Source of the DNA: Pseudomonas sp. | Lineage (GTDB): Bacteria > Pseudomonadota > Gammaproteobacteria > Pseudomonadales > Pseudomonadaceae | Direction: 5' to 3' | NCBI RefSeq assembly: GCF_050739995.1 | Contig: NZ_JBOICG010000432.1 | Coordinates: forward strand, 1-47,136 | Length of the DNA stretch: 47,136 nt | In this document: positions 41,578 through 47,136 of the stretch, piece after piece | Layout: each line of letters opens with the position of its first letter | Position numbering within the stretch: the stretch's first letter is position 1 | Position numbers and translations under genes: made by a program | The notes under the pieces: model-generated | The model's database searches: none | The model's input: only the letters and a program-made list of their open reading frames with translations | What the model was told of the DNA's origin: nothing

Positions 41578-43029
41578 TTACTGTGCGATGGTCTTCACCG
41601 ACACACCACGCTCAACCGGCGTCGAGCGCCCGTAGATATCTTCAAAGCGCTCGATATCGTCCTCGCCCAAGTAGCTGCCCGACTGCACTTCAATGATCTC
41701 CAGCGGAATCTTGCCCGGGTTGCGCAAACGGTGCACCGAGGCAATCGGGATGTAGGTGGACTGGTTCTCGCACAGCAGGAACACATTCTCGTCACAGGTG
41801 ACTTCGGCGGTGCCGCTGACCACGATCCAGTGTTCGGCACGGTGGTGGTGCATCTGCAGTGACAGACACGCGCCCGGCTTGACCGAGATGTGCTTGACCT
41901 GGAAGCGGCCACCCATGTCCACCGAGTCGTAGGAGCCCCATGGGCGATAGACTTCGCAGTGGTTCTGGGTTTCGCTGCGGCCCTGATCGTTGAGGGTGTT
42001 GACCATCTGCTTGACGCCCTGGACCTTGTCCTTGTGGGCAATCATCATCGCGTCCTTGGTTTCCACCACCACGATATTGTCCAGGCCGATCACCGACACC
42101 AGCTTGCCGTTGCCGTGGATCATGCAGTTGCGGCTGTCCTGGATCACCACGTCGCCTTTGCTGACGTTACCGTGGATGTCTTTGTCGTTGACCGCCCACA
42201 GCGAGGCCCAACAGCCCACGTCGCTCCAACCGGCACTGAGCGGCACCACGCAGGCACGCTGGGTCTTTTCCATCACGGCGTAGTCGATGGAATTGTCCGG
42301 GCAGCAGGCGAAGGTGGCTTCGTCGAACGTCACGGTGTCGGCATCCTGCGCGCTGCGTTCGAGGGTCAGCACGCAGGTATCGTAGATGTCCGGGTCGTGC
42401 TTTTTCAGCTCTTCGAGGAAGCGGCTGGCGCGGAACAGGAACATGCCGCTGTTCCAGAAGTAACCGCCGCTTTTGACGAATTCCACCGCACGTTTTTCAT
42501 CGGGTTTTTCCACGAACTGTTGCACGCGGCTCACGCCTTCGGGCAGCAGCGAATCGTTGGCGGACTTGATATAACCGTAGCCGGTTTCCGGGCGGGTCGC
42601 CGGCACGCCAAACAGCACCATCTCGCCGCGCTCGGCGGCCACGGTGGCCAGCGCGAGGGCGCGCTGCAGGGCTTTCTGGTCGTCGATCACGTGGTCGGCG
42701 GGCAGCACCAGCATCAGTTCGTCGCGGCCTTCATTGACCAGCATCATCGCCGTCAGGGCCACGGCTGGTGCGGTGTTGCGGCCGAAGGGTTCCATGAGGA
42801 TGCGCTGACAGTCGAGGTTACGCGTGTTCAGCTGCTCGTTGACGATAAAACGGTGGTCTTTGTTACAGACCACGATGGGTGAGTCCATGCCTTCGAACAC
42901 CAGGCGTTCCAGGGTTTGCTGGAACAACGTGTGCTCGCCGGTCAGGGCCAGGAATTGCTTGGGGAACTGTTTGCGCGAAAGCGGCCAAAGACGTGAGCCG
43001 CTACCACCGGAAAGGATTACTGGGATCAT
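41578..43029 (-). CDS. algA: Mannose-1-phosphate guanylyltransferase/mannose-6-phosphate isomerase
   Basis: ILSGGSGSRLWPLSR..PKQF, EPFGRNTAPA, FVEKP, cupin RPWG..SLQMHHHRAEHW; follows algF. Confidence 0.95.
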   Translation of the reverse strand: MIPVILSGGSGSRLWPLSRKQFPKQFLALTGEHTLFQQTLERLVFEGMDSPIVVCNKDHRFIVNEQLNTRNLDCQRILMEPFGRNTAPAVALTAMMLVNEGRDELMLVLPADHVIDDQKALQRALALATVAAERGEMVLFGVPATRPETGYGYIKSANDSLLPEGVSRVQQFVEKPDEKRAVEFVKSGGYFWNSGMFLFRASRFLEELKKHDPDIYDTCVLTLERSAQDADTVTFDEATFACCPDNSIDYAVMEKTQRACVVPLSAGWSDVGCWASLWAVNDKDIHGNVSKGDVVIQDSRNCMIHGNGKLVSVIGLDNIVVVETKDAMMIAHKDKVQGVKQMVNTLNDQGRSETQNHCEVYRPWGSYDSVDMGGRFQVKHISVKPGACLSLQMHHHRAEHWIVVSGTAEVTCDENVFLLCENQSTYIPIASVHRLRNPGKIPLEIIEVQSGSYLGEDDIERFEDIYGRSTPVERGVSVKTIAQ

Positions 43030-43064
43030 GGGTGTTTCTCCTTGAATCGATTTGGGTCAGAGCC

Positions 43065-43153
43065 TGTGGGAGGGGGCTTGCTCCCGAAAGCGGTGTGTCA
43101 GTCGGTACATCTGTTGATGAACCTGCGCATTCGCGAGCAAGCCCGCTCCCACA
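43065..43153. repeat. REP doublet (REPIN) with two different REP variants, between algF and algA
   Basis: Left arm TGTGGGAGGGGGCTTGCTCCCGA; right arm (reverse complement) TGTGGGAGCGGGCTTGCTCGCGA. Confidence 0.88.
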
Positions 43154-43179
43154 GGGGGAGCGTCAATTTCAGAATCTAA

Positions 43180-43836
43180 TCAGCGGGTCGACACTGGGCG
43201 CTTGACCCAGACTGGCGAGATGCTCGAGCCGGAGCCCGTCACATACAGCACCGCCGCTTCACCACGTTCCAACGCAACCGGCTTCACATCGCCGACTTTC
43301 TTGTCGCCGTCATACAACGCCAGGCTCACCTTCACTGGGTTGATTTCACGTTCGCCACGGCCCTTGGCCGCCACCGACTGGACCACATCGGTCTTGCCGT
43401 CGGCGGTCTTCAGCGTCAGGGCCTTGTCACTGAGGTTCTGCACGCGCACCAAGGATTTTTGCTTGTTCTTGAACGGCGGTTCTTCGATCAGTTGCGGTTG
43501 GCCGCTGCCGTTGTTGACCAGGGTGTAGTAGTGGTCGGCGACAAGTTTGACCGGCACGGTCTGGCTGCCGACCTTGGCGCTGTAGTCGCCGCCCGGCATG
43601 AAACTGAAGTCACTGCTGGCCAGTGGAGCGACGTCGCTCAGGTTGGTGGCGCCGACGGTGGCGCTGACTTCCTGGTTGCTGGCGTTGTAGACACGCACGA
43701 AGCTGGAGCCTTTTGGCGCGGTGGGGCCATAGAGGGCGGCATCACCGCCGGCAAAGGCGGACAGGGATACGACGCTCAGGCCGGCAGCGATAGCCAGGGT
43801 CTTGGCGAGACGACGCGGAGTAGTAGTGAAAGTCAT
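43180..43836 (-). CDS. algF: Alginate O-acetylation protein AlgF
   Basis: Signal peptide, ALYGPTAPKGSSFVRVYNAS, KQKSLVRVQNLSD, INPVKV. Confidence 0.93.
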   Translation of the reverse strand: MTFTTTPRRLAKTLAIAAGLSVVSLSAFAGGDAALYGPTAPKGSSFVRVYNASNQEVSATVGATNLSDVAPLASSDFSFMPGGDYSAKVGSQTVPVKLVADHYYTLVNNGSGQPQLIEEPPFKNKQKSLVRVQNLSDKALTLKTADGKTDVVQSVAAKGRGEREINPVKVSLALYDGDKKVGDVKPVALERGEAAVLYVTGSGSSISPVWVKRPVSTR

Positions 43837-43852
43837 GTGAGTTACCTCTCTT

Positions 43853-45037
43853 TCAGTTTTGCGCCCGGTCGGGCGTCTCGGATTTTTGGTTATTGACTGG
43901 GGTGTTCAGTGCCATGTGCTGTTGGCGCGTACCGGCTTGTTTAAGTTGCGCGACCCACTGTGGGTCGGCATCGCCGATTTCGTTGTTCACGGGCAGATAA
44001 CGTTCGGGAAATTCCCAGATCAGCACCTGGGGCGGGCTGTTCTTGAAGTCGTCGCTTTTCAAGTAGCTGAGCATCGGTTGGATCGGGCCGTGGCCGTCTT
44101 CGGAATAGTTGATGACGTCGCTGTGCAAGGCCTGCTTGAGCGCGCCGACGAAGTTCCAGTTGGGGTTGGCGCTGTAGCTGGTGCCGACCAGGGCGACTGG
44201 GGTTTCGCTGTCGCTGAACAGGGCATCGTCGCCTTTGTTTTCTGCCAGGTGGGTGATGCGTTTTTCCAGCGGCTCCTTGGGCGGCATCAGATTTTCGAAC
44301 AGCGGGTCCAGGGGCAGGAACAGGCGCAGGTCGCCTGTATGGGGCTCGGTCTTTTCAGCTTCGGTGACAAAGCGTTGTGGCTCGCCGCTCAGCGGAGTCT
44401 TGTCGGCAATCACCTTGGCCAGTTGCTTGGCGGCAATTTCCGCACCGTCCGGGGTCCAGTGCGTGTCGGTACGCAGGAACACTTGTTTGCCACCCAGCTT
44501 GCCCTGTTGCAACGGGCCAAGCAGATCTGGCGCGATGATCTTGTCGGCCGCCACGCGGGCGTGGAAGTCCTGGTACAGATTGGCGTGGATGCTCGCCGGT
44601 TTCACGTCGCCCAAGTGCTCCGGGTACAGGCGCACCTTGGCCGGGACGATCGCCATCACCAATTGAACGCCCTGGGCCTTGAGCTTCTGGCGTACGCCTT
44701 CGACCAGCGCGTAGTTGCCTTGCAGGTTCTGGTCTTCGTTGACGATGGGGTTGAACTCCTCGTCGCTGTACAACCAGTGATTGCGACCAAGCACCACGCC
44801 CTTGCGGCCTTCATTGAACAGCTTGTAGTCCAGCGCGGCCCAAAGGTTGGTGCCCAGGCGCTTGATCGGGAACTCGTCGTCGTAGTGGGTCTCGACGGCC
44901 TTGGTCCAGCGGCCGTTGAGCACGGTGGCATCGGCGTTGGTGCTGAAACCGAAGAAGCTGCGCATCGACCACAGGCCCAGCACCAGCAGCATGGCCAGGA
45001 ACAGGGCGATATAGAGCACGCGGAATGAACGGGTCAT
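43853..45037 (-). CDS. algJ: Alginate O-acetyltransferase AlgJ
   Basis: N-terminal TM, FLRTDTHWTP (D-x-H), LVGTSYS, LIWEFPERY. Confidence 0.94.
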   Translation of the reverse strand: MTRSFRVLYIALFLAMLLVLGLWSMRSFFGFSTNADATVLNGRWTKAVETHYDDEFPIKRLGTNLWAALDYKLFNEGRKGVVLGRNHWLYSDEEFNPIVNEDQNLQGNYALVEGVRQKLKAQGVQLVMAIVPAKVRLYPEHLGDVKPASIHANLYQDFHARVAADKIIAPDLLGPLQQGKLGGKQVFLRTDTHWTPDGAEIAAKQLAKVIADKTPLSGEPQRFVTEAEKTEPHTGDLRLFLPLDPLFENLMPPKEPLEKRITHLAENKGDDALFSDSETPVALVGTSYSANPNWNFVGALKQALHSDVINYSEDGHGPIQPMLSYLKSDDFKNSPPQVLIWEFPERYLPVNNEIGDADPQWVAQLKQAGTRQQHMALNTPVNNQKSETPDRAQN

Positions 45038-45047
45038 GTCGGCTCCC

Positions 45048-46472
45048 TCAGAATTGGAAGTAAAGGAACGGCGAGAAGCTCTGCGCCGAGAGTTTCAGGA
45101 TCGACGCCGCGAACAGCAGCAGCACACAAGCACGCATGGCATAGCCTGGTGCGCTGCGAGCCGGGTTCGGCGTTGCCGGATGGTCGCGGTAGAAATCGCG
45201 CAGGCCGAAGAACGCCAGCGTCGCGTACGCCACCACCAGGGTTGCCACTTGCAGGCCGGTGAGGCTGGCGCGGTTGAGTTCCGACAGCGACCATTCGTTG
45301 AAGCTGAACATCGCGCCGTACATACGGCCCGCGACGTGCAGGTTTTCGGCCCGGAAGATCACCCAACCCACCACCACCAGCAAGAAGGTGAAGGCCCAGC
45401 GCACCACGTTGAAGCTGCGTGGCGAGGTGTTCAGGCCAATGGCTTTTTCAATCGCCAGCCACATACCGTGCCATGCGCCCCATACGATGTAGGTGATGTT
45501 CGCACCGTGCCACAGGCCACCGAGCAGCATGGTCAGGAACAGGTTGCGGTAAGTGGTCAGCGTGCCTTTGCGATTGCCGCCCAAGGTGATGTACAGGTAG
45601 TCGCGCAGCCAGGTAGAGAGGCTGATGTGCCAGCGCCTCCAGAACTCGGTGATCGATTGGCTGATGTACGGCTGCTTGAAGTTTTCCATGAAGCGGAAAC
45701 CCATCATCAAGCCCAGGCCGATGGCCATGTCGCTGTAGCCGGAGAAATCGAAGTACAACTGCGCGGTGTAGGCCAGCGCGCCGAGCCAGGCATCCCCGGT
45801 AGTCGGGTCTTGCAGGGCGAAGCAATGGTCGGCCACCACCGCCAGGGTGTCGGCGATGAAGACCTTCTTGATGAAACCCTGCATGAACCGCGTACAGCCT
45901 TCGGAGAACTCGTCGAGGGTGTGGGTACGGTTGTTGAACTGGTCGGCCAGGTCGCGAAAACGCAACACGGGGCCGGCAATCAAGTGCGGGAAGATCGCCA
46001 CGAATGCAGCAAAATCGATCAGGTTGCGCGTGGCCGGCGTGTCGCCACGGTACACGTCGATGATGTAGCTGATGGACTCGAAGATGTAGAACGAGATACC
46101 GATCGGCAGCAGCACGTGGGTGAGGATGAACGGCTCCAGGCCCGCCGACTTCATCATCACATTGATGCTGTCGACACCGAAGTTGGCGTACTTGAAGTAG
46201 CCGAGGATACACAGGTCGACGGCCACACCGAGCAACAGCCAGCGCTGGGCCGGCTTGGTGCGCACGCCGGCTGCACCGACCTTGAGGCCGATCCAGTAGT
46301 TCCATAGCGTCACGGCGGCGAACAGCGCCAGGAAGTCCACTCGCCACCAGGCGTAGAACACATAACTGGCAATCAGCAGCAGCAGGTTGCGATAGCGTTG
46401 CCCGCTCAAATAGTACAAGCCGAGAAAGATCGGCAAGAACAGAAACAGGAACACATTGGACGAGAAAACCAT
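45048..46472 (-). CDS. algI: Alginate O-acetyltransferase AlgI (MBOAT)
   Basis: MVFSSNVFLFLFLP, LPIGISFY, FWRRWHISLS, GLWHGA, SPFLYFQF; ATG 46472 after GGAGAG. Confidence 0.95.
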   Translation of the reverse strand: MVFSSNVFLFLFLPIFLGLYYLSGQRYRNLLLLIASYVFYAWWRVDFLALFAAVTLWNYWIGLKVGAAGVRTKPAQRWLLLGVAVDLCILGYFKYANFGVDSINVMMKSAGLEPFILTHVLLPIGISFYIFESISYIIDVYRGDTPATRNLIDFAAFVAIFPHLIAGPVLRFRDLADQFNNRTHTLDEFSEGCTRFMQGFIKKVFIADTLAVVADHCFALQDPTTGDAWLGALAYTAQLYFDFSGYSDMAIGLGLMMGFRFMENFKQPYISQSITEFWRRWHISLSTWLRDYLYITLGGNRKGTLTTYRNLFLTMLLGGLWHGANITYIVWGAWHGMWLAIEKAIGLNTSPRSFNVVRWAFTFLLVVVGWVIFRAENLHVAGRMYGAMFSFNEWSLSELNRASLTGLQVATLVVAYATLAFFGLRDFYRDHPATPNPARSAPGYAMRACVLLLFAASILKLSAQSFSPFLYFQF

Positions 46473-46581
46473 CCCGATCTCTCCATGTTTAGCCAACACT
46501 CAAGGGCCAAGGCCCCCCCAAACCCCCCCACGAAAATTCTAGGAGGGCTGTACAACATTCCTACTGTCAAAACTGGCTCTA

Positions 46582-46675
46582 AATGTGGGAGGGGGCTTGC
46601 CCCCGATTGCGGTGCAACAGTCGCCATCTGTGTTGAATGACACACTGCTATCGGGGGCAAGCCCCCTCCCACATT
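46582..46675. repeat. REP doublet (REPIN) upstream of algI
   Basis: AATGTGGGAGGGGGCTTGCCCCCGAT and its exact reverse complement ATCGGGGGCAAGCCCCCTCCCACATT. Confidence 0.93.
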
Positions 46676-46706
46676 GAGATCCCACCAACCTACAGGATCG
46701 GTGGTA

Positions 46707-47111
46707 TCAGCCTTCTTCCAGCCACAAACGAATCGGTTTGCCCTCGGCCGGCCAGAAGCGGGTCTGTTCGATCGGCGAGATATCCCAACGCTCAACGCCT
46801 TGCAGGGCCTGGAAGAAGCGGTGCTCTTGCTCCATCAAGGCTTCGGCGCAGAGTTTGCGGGTGCTGCCGATCTTGCCGAAGCTCAGCTTTTCGCCCTCGA
46901 CGGTGTACGGCGCAAACCAGTGGTTGCAGCCGCCATTGCCATAGGCGCGACCATCGGCGCCCAGGGTTACGGTCAGGTGTGCGTAGTCCATCAATGGCCG
47001 CTCACCAATCCACTCCACCACGTAGCTGTGGTCCTGCTCAAGCTTAACCGCGTCGCCGGCACAGCCGCTCAGGCCGGCGCCGAGGGCGGCGAGCAGCAGC
47101 GGGCCTTTCAT
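46707..47111 (-). CDS. META-domain (HslJ-like) lipoprotein
   Basis: Lipobox LSGC, RAYGNGGCNHWFAPY, GSTRKLCAEALMEQE. Confidence 0.88.
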   Translation of the reverse strand: MKGPLLLAALGAGLSGCAGDAVKLEQDHSYVVEWIGERPLMDYAHLTVTLGADGRAYGNGGCNHWFAPYTVEGEKLSFGKIGSTRKLCAEALMEQEHRFFQALQGVERWDISPIEQTRFWPAEGKPIRLWLEEG

Positions 47112-47136
47112 TGTGCGGCCTGCTGGCATTTCGGGC
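47108..47136 (-). CDS. 3' end of an upstream gene (truncated by window end)
   Basis: Reads PKCQQAAQ-stop with an ATGA overlap onto the META gene start; too short to identify. Confidence 0.45.

Noticed and set aside
46536..46570. Sigma70 promoter for algI (TTGACA ... TAGAAT on the minus strand)
   Set aside because: The hexamers are 23 nt apart, too far for one promoter; an internal promoter may exist but cannot be placed
24896..46675. Recurrent GTGGGAGGGGGCTTGC repeats as a CRISPR array or IS ends
   Set aside because: They are dispersed inverted doublets typical of REPINs; there is no regular repeat-spacer array, cas gene or transposase in the window

Overview
Chromosomal window from a Pseudomonas, very likely the P. 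fluorescens group (inferred from the dcw gene order, GTGGGAGGGGGCTTGC-type REP doublets and alg genes). From left to right it contains: the 3' half of the dcw cluster (murG end, murC, ddl, ftsQ, ftsA, ftsZ, lpxC); two tandem Cache-GGEEF diguanylate cyclases; an OprD-family porin with a highly structured, terminator-containing leader; a mexMN-like RND pump with a CusRS-family two-component system; an orphan amino-acid binding protein; an Aer-like MCP; a cheV-GNAT-YkgJ cluster with sigma28 and sigma54 promoters; a 2-hydroxyacid dehydrogenase; a LysR-regulated FUSC/AaeXAB-type efflux operon; a variable region holding a candidate membrane toxin-immunity pair, a decayed copy of part of the neighbouring efflux gene, and an orphan TolC/ABC/HlyD exporter; an MFS-LysR pair; an SDR; and algI-algJ-algF-algA. 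The top finding is an unrecognised 161-aa Ser/Pro/Gly-rich, Cys-free ORF (41002-41487) behind a perfect hrp box (GGAACC-N16-CCACNNA), a candidate new type III-secreted protein. Also notable are the candidate T6SS-type effector/immunity pair and an alg operon that breaks at a REP doublet where algL would be expected. I saw no tRNA, rRNA, CRISPR array, integrase or transposase. All family assignments come from motif recognition by eye; no database search was run.
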